From: Octopus bimaculoides | Taxonomy: Eukaryota | DNA length: 64,000 bases | Assembly (NCBI RefSeq): GCF_001194135.2 | Contig: NC_068991.1 | Location: forward strand, 80,224,366 to 80,288,365 | Reading direction: 5' to 3' | Part shown: positions 26,641-40,019 of the stretch, one piece after another | How positions within the stretch are numbered: the stretch's first letter is position 1 | How the letters are laid out: each line of letters begins with the position of its first letter | Translations under genes and position numbers: made by a program | The notes under the pieces: model-generated | What the model saw: the letters and a program-made list of their open reading frames with translations, nothing else | What the model was told of the DNA's origin: nothing | Database searches by the model: none

Positions 26641-27092
26641 AGTATATATTGCATCATCAAAATGAAGGTTATTCGACTGTTCACTCACACTGTACTCTGA
26701 AAGTGACGCTACGCAGACGGCAATGACGAATTTTAATTGGATTAAATACCAAATCATTGATTTGCTTTTTTTCATCGTCTTTCGTTTGCTATCAGAACAC
26801 AGAAAATGTTGTTTTTATTGTTGTTGTTGTTCACTTGGTTTACATAGACTCTGTATAAATTCCATCAATAGCAACAACGGACTCCGAATAACTTTGCGTA
26901 CAACACAAGAACGCAAGAGTAGTCATGATTCCTAATATATTGGAAATTCCAAATAATGCGTTGTTCTTAAATATCCCAGTATATAAGCTGCAGAAACATA
27001 TATACTATACGTTCATCTAATCTATTTTGCTTTCATTAACGGCTAAATGATCCGGTGGATATTAACACGGTTTAAGGGGATAGCATGCGTGA

Positions 27093-27126
<34 letters not shown>

Positions 27127-27155
27127 ACACGCGCGTGTGTGTACGCCAATAACAT

Positions 27156-27195
<40 letters not shown>

Positions 27196-27590
27196 CATTA
27201 GCGTTTGTTTAAATCTTTCTCTCTGTCATTCTCTTTTTCTTCCCCTCTCTCTATTTCTTTCTCTCTATCCCCCTGTCTCCCACTCATTTATAGCCCTTTT
27301 GGACTTAGCGGTATTTTTTCCCGACTTTACTTTCTGAATTCAAATGCCGCCGGGATCGACTTTCCCTTACATCCTTTCGGGATCGATAAACTAAGTACCA
27401 GTCAAGCACTGGGGTCGAAGTAATCGACTTACCCCCTCCTCCCACCTTGTGCCAAAATTTGAAACCAATGCGGATATTGCAACCTCAACAGCTCTTTTAT
27501 AGGATCCAGTCGCTAAGGACATCATCAGGAGGAAAAGATGGGAAATAGACAGTAAAATGTGTGAGAGTGTGTATGTACCTATAGCGTTCG

Positions 27591-27660
<70 letters not shown>

Positions 27661-27710
27661 NNNNNNNNNNNNNNNNNNNNNNNNNNNNNNNNNNNNNNNN
27701 NNNNNNNNNN

Positions 27711-27782
<72 letters not shown>

Positions 27783-30700
27783 ATTTCTCTCTCTCTTTCT
27801 CTCTCACTTTTTCTCCCCCTCCCCTCTGTCTCTCTTTCGCTCGCTCGTACGCGCACTCTTACCATCCTCTTTCCACAGAGTGACGCATCAGCGCAACCGC
27901 TTATTCACACCACTGCAATTTACAGTTTTTAGCGCTTTCATATAACACAACAGATAGATGATGCTCTTTATTCTTGCTAATTGCTGAATCACAAAGGGAG
28001 CTGAAGCGCTCATGAACCTTTTTAGGTGTTCTGAGACTGGTGAGAGTAAAAAGGGGAAGTTATCTTCAGAAAAACCAAATGGCCAGCTGTTGGTGTTAAA
28101 CTGGCGTTACGGATTAAATCTGCCATTCTAAGAATAGAAATTATTCTGGGTGTCTTAGGTAAATGTCATTTTATATAATCATCTCAGCAAAAGCTGCATA
28201 GCTGAGAATTATGTTAAAGGTACATTTGGCGGTAGAATGCTCAGCTACTTACATCTTAATTCAATGGGCAGATAACTCAGTTGAATCCGCATCATTGACC
28301 CGACGGAGACCCTTCGATCATCCCAATCAATATTTTTTTTTTTTTTGCAGGAATCACTGAAAGTAGTGATCATAGTTTATACTGTAATTTTTATCGGATA
28401 GCATGACGTCATTAGTCCAGTTGATAGCCGGACCCATCTCTATTTAACCTGTTATCAAAATAGATTTATAACCAGTCAATCATGGAACCCGTAAGCGATC
28501 GTTCAACCTGACAGAAACATCAACCACAATCTCCCTCAGATTAAATCTATCATAAAATAGAGACAATGTTGTTCTAAATGCACATTCAATTAGAATGTCC
28601 AAGTTACGACTCACTGCCTCAATAAAAGATCAGATGGCCATGGTTGGAAGGCTTTTTATCTTAATTTTTCCTCACCCACAGCTGACCTGACTCTAAACAA
28701 CATACATTTTACATTAAATAAACTTATCATTTTGTCTTTTTTTTAATCTTTTCCACCGCAAGTAATTTTTGTACTTCGGCTGCGTTGGGCCATTAAAATT
28801 TCGGTTTTGATGCTGCTTCAACATGTTACTATGGTCCATTCTCTTGAGATAGTTTTTGTAGGTTCGATTGCTTCATTATGATGTTAATTGAGCTAATTAA
28901 ATTATTTCATCATCAGTTCCTGAATTACGACTATAATATTTCTGAAGAATGGTGGATATGATGAAAATGAAGAGGGGCGCTGCTTTCATCGTCCTCCTTC
29001 GGTGTAGTGAACTGAAATCTCGCAGGAGTTGACTTAGCCTTTCATTCTGAGATTCGATAAAATATAGGATCAGACATGGAATAATGGAGCCAGAATAATC
29101 GAATGAATTATGTCTGGTCCATCGTCTTCCAAATATGTAACCATTTGCCAATACATAAATATAAAATCAATATTTGTATTTCTATAGAACAGCAGAGATG
29201 AAAGTGATGCTGAAATTCTAGAACAAATATTTTCCAAAAATTAATCATTCCTCAGTATTTTGATTTCAGATCGGCTGCGATGTATTTTGTCTTTTATTCC
29301 TTCAGAATTGATCAAGTAAGTACCAGTAATATTTAATGTTCATTCAACTGTACATACACCTTTCGTACAAAATTAATCATCGAAAAAATAGCATTTATAT
29401 TGACATTTTCTAACGTGTATGTTCATTGGAATTCTTACAGCTGAGAATTCTTGGCGATGTCAATTCTCTGATTCGTGATACCGAATATAACCAGGCTGTG
29501 ACTGCAATATTTCGATTCCTCCTTTGGAAGGTAGCCAGCCAGGGGCTGCAATAATTCTTTATCTAATTCCGAAGACCATCAACCAGTGACTGCTATGGCT
29601 TAATTCCTGAAGACATGAAATAATATGATTTTCAATTAGACTATATGCTCAGCTAAAGAAAGCTTTGACGGAAATGTGCTACTGACTGAAATACCTGGTG
29701 TCAAACCAATAAGACTATTCGTAATGATTTCAAATTTTGACACAAGGACAGAATTTGTTTTTACCCCATATTGCATAGAAAGAACCTGTTGGATTTGATC
29801 TCTTAATCCAAGTTGAATATTTCCTAAAATCCAGGCGTTTCCTGGCAACACCTTTATTTTTTGTGCATTATGGATATTTAAACGAATTCTAGAGAACTAT
29901 TGAACAGAGATTTATAGATAGAGGGTTTTAATTTCATAATGTCAAATTGGATAAATTGAGAGTTACTTTTATGAAACCAAATGAGTACTGGGGTCGATTT
30001 AATTGGCTATGCCTCCCCACCCATGACAAATATGAGGAGGCTTTGTGCTAGTGTTAGAAATAAATATTATTAAATGAAATGTATTACTATAGTTTTAATG
30101 ATGAAGCTTGTTGCTTTTCGGATGGTATTCTTAATAAATGCTTCTGATTTAGGCACAAAACGAACAATCGTTAGGGGTGATGTTAATCAATACCACGAAC
30201 CCCAATACTTGATGATGAGTACTATAATTTATCGACACCAGAGGGATGATCAGTAAAATTGACATGGGCAGATTTGAACACGGAGCGTAGAGAACAAAAG
30301 AAAAATACTGCGAAGCATTTTTCCAACGCTCTAACAATTCAGCTAGCTGGCTGCATTCGGTATTGGTTTATAATTATTGCCATTTCCTTGTTAATCGATC
30401 CAATCTTATAGTTTGCGAGATGAATTCATCTGCATTTAAGGTCAGAAACAAAATTCTTCTTCTGGTCCTAATTGTACGACATACCCTTCATATTCAGTTA
30501 AGCAGTTTAAGCTATTATCTAATTTTAGTTTACGAGCTTTAATTTTTATCCCAATGCAAAGTTTGTACAAGTCTTCATATAGTTTTGTCTTGCACAGCTG
30601 TAAGATGGTCGGCTATAGCATCTCGCATCTATATTGTAAAGGTTCTTAATTCTATGAGACAGAATTTACATTTCTTAATGTATTAATGTCAATTTCAGAT

Positions 30701-31199
30701 TTAAGTTGTATTTCAAAGATGTTAGCGTAGGGTAGCATGTTTATAAGTGAGATTGGAAAGGCTTTAGTTCCTTAATATTTAGCGAAGGATCAGTTGAATG
30801 TCTTCATATCATACAAGTAGGTAAATCTTTCAATGATTTCAGAGTCACAGACGGAAGATTTCCTGTGCATGGGTTTTACTAAGTCTTCGAATTTCTCTTG
30901 TAGCTTTATCGAGTAGAAGCTGTTAGATGGAGAGGAATTAACTTCTGTAGATAAGTTAAGTTGCATAGATCAATAATTGTGCTGTAGTTTTGGTCATGCA
31001 GTCTGCTCTGTAGAATGTTATGTTGTAATATATACCACAAGTCGTATAATATAATTAACAATAATACAACCTATTGATACGAAACTCCACGATGTAGATG
31101 CAATTTTGGAGGTTGGTTCAACGAACTGGTAAAAAGAGTAATCGGTAGGTATGTAGAATGAAATATATGTATATATGTGTGTATGTATGTATGACTATA

Positions 31200-31450
31200 A
31201 ACTACATCTGATACTGGGACTCTGGGGCTCTGGTTTCAGGGTTTAAGAAGTGAGGAACCACCTCTTAGCCACTATTGTTCCCAGGTCTACTCTGTCCCGG
31301 AGTGGTAGCACCTGTAAGGGTCCCAACTATGGGTTAACTAGCAAAACGCCCTACGACTGGGGGGGGGGTCGGTAGAATGTAATCGACGTATTCTTTGCGT
31401 TACGTAAGTAGCGACTAAAAGGGGCGGGAGCGAGGGCACTGAGCGAGACT
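31200..31450 (+). mobile_element. Interspersed repeat relic, possibly an RTE-type 5' UTR
   Basis: cccaggtctactctgtcccggagtggtagcacctg...cgtaagtagcgactaaaaggggcg resembles LINE 5' UTR motifs as I recall them; no coding support. Confidence 0.35.
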
Positions 31451-31617
31451 AAGATGAAAGGTAAAGGAGAGTATCAGTTTGAGGGAGTGAATGGACGAGT
31501 ATTGGGGAGGTAAAGGCGACATCATGTAATGTAGGAAATCTTTTGGCTCTGAATTGTATATAATTCTGTATGTTAATATATTGTCTTGTGTCACTGTAGG
31601 TTTTTTGTGAGATTGAA

Positions 31618-31704
31618 CATCCTGATGAAGAGAGTGTTTAGTTTTCTCCATATACGAGTACTATACCATATTATAAGACACATCTCTGAAACGGCCCGTA
31701 GATG
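31618..31704 (+). ncRNA. Type I hammerhead ribozyme motif (Penelope/retrozyme-type)
   Basis: Helix I CATC(31618-21)/GATG(31701-04); core CTGATGA (31622-28); helix II AGAGA-GTGT(31629-37)/ACAC-a-TCTCT(31678-87); GAAA (31688-91); near-palindromic helix III ACG-gcc-CGT; cleavage triplet GTA, with cleavage predicted after 31700. Confidence 0.75.
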
Positions 31705-32699
31705 GTGACTTTGAATATTACACCGTGTTTTGCATGTTTTTTTCAATATAGTGTATATAAATCTATTCTTTGTATTGTACACTTTCTTATAATACATATA
31801 AATTTTGTGATATCATATTGTATATATTTATTCACTATATTTTATATCATACCGAAGGTTTATGTATCGTATTACATCGTCTTATGTTGATTAATATTTT
31901 TATATGGCTTGGAAATTAGGAATACTTATAAATATTTTTAAATATTTTTAAACATTCGTTATATTTTTGAAGTTTATGTGTTTTTGTATGCCTGTGTACT
32001 TTTATTTCATTTTTGGTATTTTCACTACTGAGAATTGTGTATAATTATTGATTCAAGGATGATATGCACACACATGTATATTAAATCTTTTGTTGGAGAT
32101 GGGGTATTGTTCCTATACTTTTCCACCCGTATTGTCGCCATTCAAACTATAATGTATATATATATATATATATATATATCGTCATTAAATCTTAAACCCG
32201 AAAGAGAGGCACACTTTAAGTTACAGAGCAGTAGAGGTATTTTCCTGGTCCAAGAGTCGAATCACCGACCCTATGAAACCGAGACCAAAACATTAACCCC
32301 CACCAGTACATCACATAGTTTTCTTTAGTTTTAAAATGGACAATTTGTTCGAAGAATCATCGCTGTCGGTTTGGCAAACTGTAATTTATAATTATTAGAA
32401 CAGGGTCTGTATAGTAAAAAAAACCATAAAGATTGGTCAGGAGAGTTCTAAGAACAGCAATTTGAATCCTGAAAATAAATGGACTATTTGAAAAATGAAA
32501 GTATAATGATGAAGAACATATTTCTAAATTAAAGAATTAGCAGTTATTCTGGGACATGAGATTGAAAATTTTAAAAGAATGACTATGGTAGAAAAACAAT
32601 GAGAAAGTAAATCAAAGGAAACGAAAATAAAATGAGAGCACGAGAAAAACTAGAGAAGTCAGCAGGAATACGAAAAGGTTTGAAAAGCAAAACATGGAC

Positions 32700-33075
32700 A
32701 GAGGCAGACATATTAATGTATTGTAATATTGATCACATATGTGAATCAATCTTAGAATGAACATGTACGATACAACAGTACTTGCTTATGCAAAATTATG
32801 CAATATCACAGAAGGCACAAAAGTCTCATGTTCCATATACGCATAAATGTGGTAAACTTACATTAAGTAACTTATATATAAGAATGAATCTTAGAAATTA
32901 GCATAAAACGATTATTAAAAAGAAAATAATATATAAACAAGGATTATAGAAATTAATGGACAATTCAATAGAGAATGAAATGATAATTAATAATGACTTT
33001 GATATTCATTCTCGATTCAAGGTATCTGTAACTTAAGGGGACACAACAATGTCGAAACACCGGGTGTTCCAAAGT
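32700..33075 (+). mobile_element. Penelope-like GIY-YIG C-terminal relic with dead hammerhead-like motif
   Basis: Weak peptide similarity (HKCG...KTIIKK) followed by CTTAAGG-G-GAC-acaacaat-GTC-GAAAC-ACCGGGT-GTT. Confidence 0.3.
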
Positions 33076-33209
33076 TCGCTTACGAACACACATTCATCTG
33101 GAAGGAGGAGTCCTCCGATGACAAAATACCCCAGCGGTTAGCATTTTCTGGTTCGAATCTTTAGGATTTAGGAAATAAATATTTTTATTTGTTAACGTGT
33201 GTGTGTGTC

Positions 33210-33400
33210 TAAGTCGGCGGAGTGGCAGAATCGTTAGCACACCAGCAAAATGCTCAGCGGCATTTAGATTGTCTTTAAGTTCTAGTTCTAAATCCAACTT
33301 TACCTTTCATTCTTTTGGGATCGATAAAATAAGTATCAGTTGAACACTGGAGTCGATGTAATCGTCTCATCCCCGAAATTGTCTTGTGTCAAAAATTGAA
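33210..33400 (+). mobile_element. tRNA-derived SINE (11521 family)
   Basis: ggcggagtggcagaatcgttagcac...actttacctttcattcttttgggatcgataaaataagtatcag...gtcgatgtaatcg. Confidence 0.8.
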
Positions 33401-34353
33401 GCCAATATGTGTGTATGTTGTGTGTGTGTGTGTGTGTGGAAGGATGGTATGTACGTATGTATGTACACCAGAATAAAGATGTTATGCCATACTTATATAA
33501 CTGTACATACTCACATATACATATATATTCATCGAATATGTATACACACACATTTTGATATAAATATGTGTGTGCACATGTATGTATTATGTATTAGGAA
33601 ACATGTTTTACATCTCTTGTTCTGACGTTTTAAATGAAGGATAATAGCATTTTACGTTGTTATGTTTATTTTTTCACTACCTACTATTATTTGATCTCCT
33701 CTGCACAAAATCGTGGACATCCTATTATGCACTACATTTATACCATCTCTATAATAAAAATAGCATAATGTCGTATCATTTTTTAGATAAAGCATGCAGA
33801 AGAAAGCAAAAAATATAAAGTGGATCGCAAAAAAAAAATTGGGGAAAATATGCATTTTAAAGTTATTATGCATCTGTCTATATTTCAAATGTAAAAGATA
33901 CGCATGAAAAAAGATTACGTACCTTGCTCTAACAAATCTGCACTTACTCTGGTGCTTTGCACCAAAACATTAAAGTTTCTTGTGGGTTTTTTTTTATTTT
34001 AGTTTAAATATATCTACTTATGAAATGAAAGAAACATTGAAATTTTATGAGGAGAGAGTGTACATGAGATCTCTTACAAAATGATTTTAGATATGGCTTC
34101 GGTTCTACATGCAGATTCGGTTTTATGGTGTGAATATATCACATTTTATAGAAGAAAATTCGAGAAAACGAAAGCAGCAAATGCAGTGGTTTTACCGAAT
34201 GAAACGTAAAGGAAAAGCAGCGACAACGAGTTTTATATTATCGCTACTTGCTGCTTTCTACTCCTCTTTTCTCACTTGTTTCCACGTCCGTTACTGATTC
34301 ATATATACATACATTGTTCGAATATTTTTGTGCCACTCTGTCCGTTTACTTTG

Positions 34354-34409
<56 letters not shown>

Positions 34410-34454
34410 TCTCTTTCTCTTCCTCTCTTTCCCTCCTTGTTACCCTCCTCCTAC

Positions 34455-34500
34455 TATCACGTGACCCGTGACAACCTAAGATGGTGTCATTCTTTTTGGC
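34455..34500. promoter_or_regulatory. Candidate promoter-like element (E-box TCACGTGAC plus AAGATGG) after a (CT)n tract
   Basis: tatcacgtgacccgtgacaacctaagatggtg. Motif match only; no transcript evidence. Confidence 0.25.
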
Positions 34501-36942
34501 GTTGCCTTAAACTGGAACGGTCACGACTCCCTTTACTCCTCGCTCGATGTGGTGACATTCGCTACAGTTTCAAGACACAGATCATACAGATATGATCCAA
34601 TACGTTCTATACAGCTGCAATCATGTCAGCAACGTGTGCTGCATTTCAGTCTAGACATCTCTGAATTTTGATTTTGATAGAAGCTGCAACATGACATGAT
34701 GTGCTATCGGCAGCAGGATTAAACAGTATTTTGTTTTGTAGCAAAAAACGATGCAGTTTTTCTCGTACATTATTACATATATTAGGCAAAAACGTGCTAT
34801 AAAGTACCCTTCTACGAGTTGTTGCTGTCCCTGTGGCGGTGATATATCTCTTGACGTTCTTGCACATCGTTCTTACAGGAAAGAGAGTGACCGCCAAGGA
34901 GTCCTTTTTCATATATAAAAACTGATTGTACGGTAATATGTTTATTTTTTTATTTTTATCCTTTACTCAAGAGAAAAGGCAGTGACCATGGCTTGTTAGC
35001 TTCTCCAAAACTGGTTAGGGGAAATGGGAAAGGTATTCTCAAACAACAAACCTGACCGGAACACTTGCATCCAAAATGGAGTCCGCTAAAGGTACCCAAA
35101 TTGCCAGGTGACGGTGTTGAACTGAGTGATGAATTAAGTCTACTCTCCAGGTAGGCCATGCCGGAATTGGAATGCAGAACACTAACAACTGGAACAAATA
35201 CCGTATGACATCCGGTCCGACATTTTACAGCTCCACCAATCCACCACCTTGAATTAGTTTGTTTTTTTTTTTTTCCAAAACAGAGGAAAACAAATTTGTT
35301 CCGGACGGGATTTGAAATCAGAGCTCAATCGGAACAAATAGCACGAAGAAATCTTCCCGACGTTCTAACGACTCCGTCTATTCACCCTTCATTGGATTAT
35401 ACTTTTTTTAAGGCCCACATCGCTTAGGGTTGGCCATGTATTTCCGTATGTATGTCCAGGCCTAGGTAGGGCTTTTTTCTTAATGCTACACGGGCAAAAT
35501 TTCCTAATTCAGTATTTTTCATAGAAAAATAACTATGCTTGACCCTTTATCTTACCATTTATATTTATTCTTCAGATTCTTTATAGCAATGAGATGGCAG
35601 AATCCAGATTAAAAAGATGGTGGATGACTTCCATCATTTGAAATTTGTTGATTAGCTGGATAGAATGTATTCTGTATCTCTTCCGGCTAGGATCTCTGTA
35701 TGTTCAAATCCCGCCGAGGTCAACTTTCCTTTCATGCTTTCAAGGGCGATAAATAAAACACCAGGCTAGGGTGGTGATCTGATGGAATTCTTAGGTCACA
35801 CAAAACGTCTCGTGGTAAATATTCCAGCTCTTTGCTCACTGAGTTAAAATTCCGCTAATCCTCTTATCGGCCTGCGAGTGACACAAAAAGGCACCTCAGG
35901 GAGCTGGATAGTGGTGATAAACCTCTTATGCCAGGCTGAGGGACACGTTCTATAGGGTATCACCTTGGTTTCATTAATACTAAAAACCTGACATTAAGTG
36001 GGAATAAACGTAAGGACAGAAGATTAAACAAAACGCTACAGGATTATCTGTTTCTGAAGTGTTGTCAATGCCACTTATATTCTCCACTGAGTTTGATATA
36101 AGGTACCGGAATTACATTCGATAACGAAGAGTTTTCGAAGAATGGAACTGTACGATTCCTTGCGAGGAATAAGTCGCTTAGAATGAAATAACTCATCGAT
36201 AAAACCAAGTTCTACGTTAATTCCAGTTATTGAATCATGAAAGACAACTCAAAAACAAAGCAAAAAAAAAACAGCAGCAGCAAAAGTAAACTACAAGTAA
36301 TAATGTTGAAATCACACAGCAATTCACTATGCTATTAATCACAGGAAAAAAAAAAGCTTTGGAGATTATCTTCCAGTTTTCTGGAACTTAAGCCTTCATT
36401 CAAACACTAAACTGGATAAACGAAATTGTATATATAGCGCATTCTCGGTCGCTATTTTGATTAATATATTACAGCTACATTAACTGTTCTTTGTTTCAAT
36501 AATACGCAGTGACAAAATATATTTCCTCAACAACGTTTTATGTATAAGTAGATTTAATCATCTCCTATGTATACAGAATAACTTTGCGGTCAAAAAAAGG
36601 GGGGGATCAGACGAAATACTATTGATTTCATATTACTTCGTATCAGGGTTCCATCAGCGCTTGCGTAACACCTTTAACACTTTCGTATTTGCTTGTGTTA
36701 TATATTTTATTTCTCAGTGGTGCTCACAATTCCAAAGTTACATACGTACATACATATACACATACATACATGATCCCACACACATCTATATATATATTAA
36801 TGACTTGTAATGACGCGGCATTTCGTTATGCAACCATAATATACTATAAAGTATATTAAGCAATATCGTGTCCTAGTGTGTTTGCTGTGCGAGTTATATC
36901 ACTTGTTAAGGTTATCTCAATAGATTTTCTATAGAAATTGTG

Positions 36943-37456
36943 GAGTGGGAGCACTAAGCAGTGATAAGTAGAAATGCAATGTTATCACCAGTTCAAATAT
37001 GCTTGAAATACGTTCGAACTGGGGAACAAGCTATTTACTGTTTTCTGATGGAGAAAACTTCTCGCTGTAGACAAATGGTGTGGATACCCCTAGATCAGTT
37101 CGCAGCGCCACCTACTTAGACTGTGACATGCCAGCACTTCGGAGTAGCTGTATCCTTTTCTGTCATACACACACCAGGAAGGTGACGCTACGAATTGATC
37201 AAAGAGATTGTTTCTCTTATGTTATTTCAGTCACTGTACGATGGCTGATTAGCGCTACGCAGTGGCTCACCGTAAGTAATTTATAGAGTGGGAGCGCCAA
37301 GCAATGACAAGCATAAATGCAATGTTATCACCAATCCAAATATTCACGTCATTTGCCTACAGCAGAACATTTTCTCCATTACAAAACACAGCGAACGGCT
37401 TCTTCTCCAGTTCGAACGTGTTCAAGCATATATGGACTGGTAAAAACATTGCGTTT
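36943..37456. mobile_element. MITE-like foldback element with 53 bp inverted repeats and an internal direct copy of the left end
   Basis: 36972-37024 is the reverse complement (with several mismatches) of 37404-37456; 36943-37000 is repeated directly at 37286-37344. Confidence 0.55.
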
Positions 37457-38429
37457 ATTGAAATTATAACCAGCAAACATTTTTGTAACGACATTCTTGC
37501 AAGAACTCAACTATCAGTTAATTACGTTTTAAAATCTGATGATTACTACGAACGTATGAAAGGGCTAAGTGAACTTTATGAACATTATAACATATTTTTT
37601 TAATGTTTAACATCCCTCAACATTGTAAAAAAAAAAAAAAATTTTAAATACGATAATAAAAAACGTGAAAACCAGAGTTTCTTTTAGTCTTATTCAAGTA
37701 ATATATTATTCGATACAAATTTACACAAATTCCGGAGATATATGTGTATGTGTGTGCGTGTGTGTGTGTGAATGTATTCCCTGATCGTCTCTGGTAATTT
37801 CATGTTTCTGGTTGCCGGTGAAGAAAATATACTGATGAGATATTTCTGAATCTACATATTCATAATTTGCTGAAAAAATATGGCAGCTGGGATGAATATG
37901 AGCTATTAAACACACATTGTCTGTGCTTAGGAAATTAAACGAACGTTTACAAAGGTACAATGATGCAAAGATAATATTTATTTGTCAATATTCTTACACT
38001 CCCCTGCTAGTAAATAAACAAGCAAAAAACCTCATAAATGCTATGCTAATATTAATACGTTAATTCAAATATAGAAGAATTATTTTAGAAATATAGCAAG
38101 GTGCAATTCTAAAAGAAACGAAATATTCAATTGGTGATATTGATGAAAATGAAGACGACTACCACTACCATAACTACGGCAATCAAAACAGTCCCAAAAA
38201 TAATTAGGTCACCAAGTTTGATACAAATAAAATTAAGAAGCATCAAAATATCCATAGACTCACAGAGTAACAGTCTAAAAGATAGTTCAACTATGCGAGG
38301 CAGCACAGCTCAAACAGAACACTCTGAACCGAGCACATATGTTCCGAACCCACAGCACACATACTGTACACTATAAATATTGAATAAACTACCATTAAAC
38401 AAACAATCCCCTACCTTATAACACCTACT

Positions 38430-38542
38430 CAACTTACACTCAACACAGATGTTACACTCAACTTACACTCAACACAGATGTTACACTCAACTTACACTCA
38501 ACACAGATGTTACACTCAACTTACACTCAACACAGATGTTAC
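38430..38542. repeat. 29 bp minisatellite x4 (ttacactcaacacagatgttacactcaac)
   Basis: Units start at 38434, 38463, 38492 and 38521 (last unit partial). Confidence 0.95.
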
Positions 38543-40019
38543 ATATTAATACAATACAGCGCAACCAACACGCTCAGCGTCATCATCAATTGACACAAAG
38601 AAAAACATAACACACACAGCTCTGACACAACACGAACAGCACAAAACAATTTCTAGCCTTCGTGATCTTTTGTCTCACGGGATACCACGGAACAGAGAAA
38701 CCTCCTAAAATTTGTCCATAGTTTCCACAAGGACATCGGAATGAAAATGGGTTGGACAAATGTGCCAAAAGCGACAATGAGAAAAGGTAAATTAATCAGT
38801 TGTATTGCATATGTGTGTGTGTACGTGTGTGTGTGTACATGTGTGTGTGTACATGTGTGTGTGTACATGTGTGTGTGTACATGTGTGTTATGTGCGCGCG
38901 TGTGTATTCTTTTTGTTGTGTTATATTATGGAGTGAATATATTTTCATTTTTCTTTCTTTGACTACGCTCACTTTTAAGACATCATTATGATAATGCACC
39001 AATTTGTTGGTCAGAAGAATTGTATATTTGTTTGCTAATGTTACAGACTAAATTTTTCATAAATGTGGAATCGGAGTAGAAGGTATATTAACGTAATGCA
39101 TTGTTTCATTAGATTTTCGATAAAGGTGAAAAATGTCTGCCTCGATTTCTGAAATGACGTCTGCAAAGTTTATACTGTTTCTGCTAAGTCTCAATGGTAA
39201 TCGTTAAATTAAATGCTTTGGAAGTTTACAATATCTGTGCCAGTCTGGAAAGTTCTTATCAAATCTTTTCTAAGTTTGTAAAGATGATAGCCATCAACAT
39301 GGCCAGTGATTATTAACCCGGCATCTTGGTGGTACAGATAATGTGCGTGCCTCTGTGTGTGTGTGTGTGTGTGTTTGTGCGTAATATGTTTGTGTGTGTG
39401 TGTGTGTGTTTGTGCGTAATATGTTTGTGTGTGTGTGTGTGTGTTTGTGCGTAATATGTTTGTGTGTGTGAATGTTTGTGTGTGTGCTTGTATCTGTGTG
39501 TGAAGATTCGTGACTTGGTTGTTTGGTCGTAGGTCTGATTCACAGATGTTTCGGCCACTGGTGACCTCGGCCAGTGCATCTTATTTCTCGTTTTTTCAGT
39601 CCAATCTGGAAGCTGAAAGCAATGGTTGGGAGGTTTCGAATCGAATCTCCAACTTTTTGGTGTCCTCTTCAATAGGAATTTAACCCTCGTGGAAAGCTGG
39701 GTACGTATGGCCTAATGGGCGTTTGAGCTCAACACAGACTTTAAGTAGGTGTGTGTATGTGTGTGATGGTTTTATAATAGTTTTTGACTAAAGTGCATAA
39801 CGTTCGTTTTCTAAAATCATGCATGTTTCGTCAGTGAATCCAAACGTCGCTATAATATAATGGTTCTGTTTTTATAAATCCTAGTCCACATCAAATGAAC
39901 AAGCAGTCGATGAGTTCTGAACTGCGAGTATAGAGATGGCCATCTGGTATCAACGTGTTTTTGACTGAACACTGAATGAATCAAAACCGTGTAAGTGACA
40001 AATGGTTGAAGAAAATTAC

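Noticed and set aside
34646-34912. hAT-transposase-like peptide (RRVLYSTFLPNICNNVREKL)
   Set aside because: Similarity is too short and weak to call without a search.
37830-37860. CTGATGAG hammerhead-like start
   Set aside because: Helix II and the GAAA/helix III geometry do not form.
38430-38542. CRISPR-like appearance of the 29 bp repeats
   Set aside because: Units are contiguous with no unique spacers, there are no cas genes, and the context is eukaryotic.
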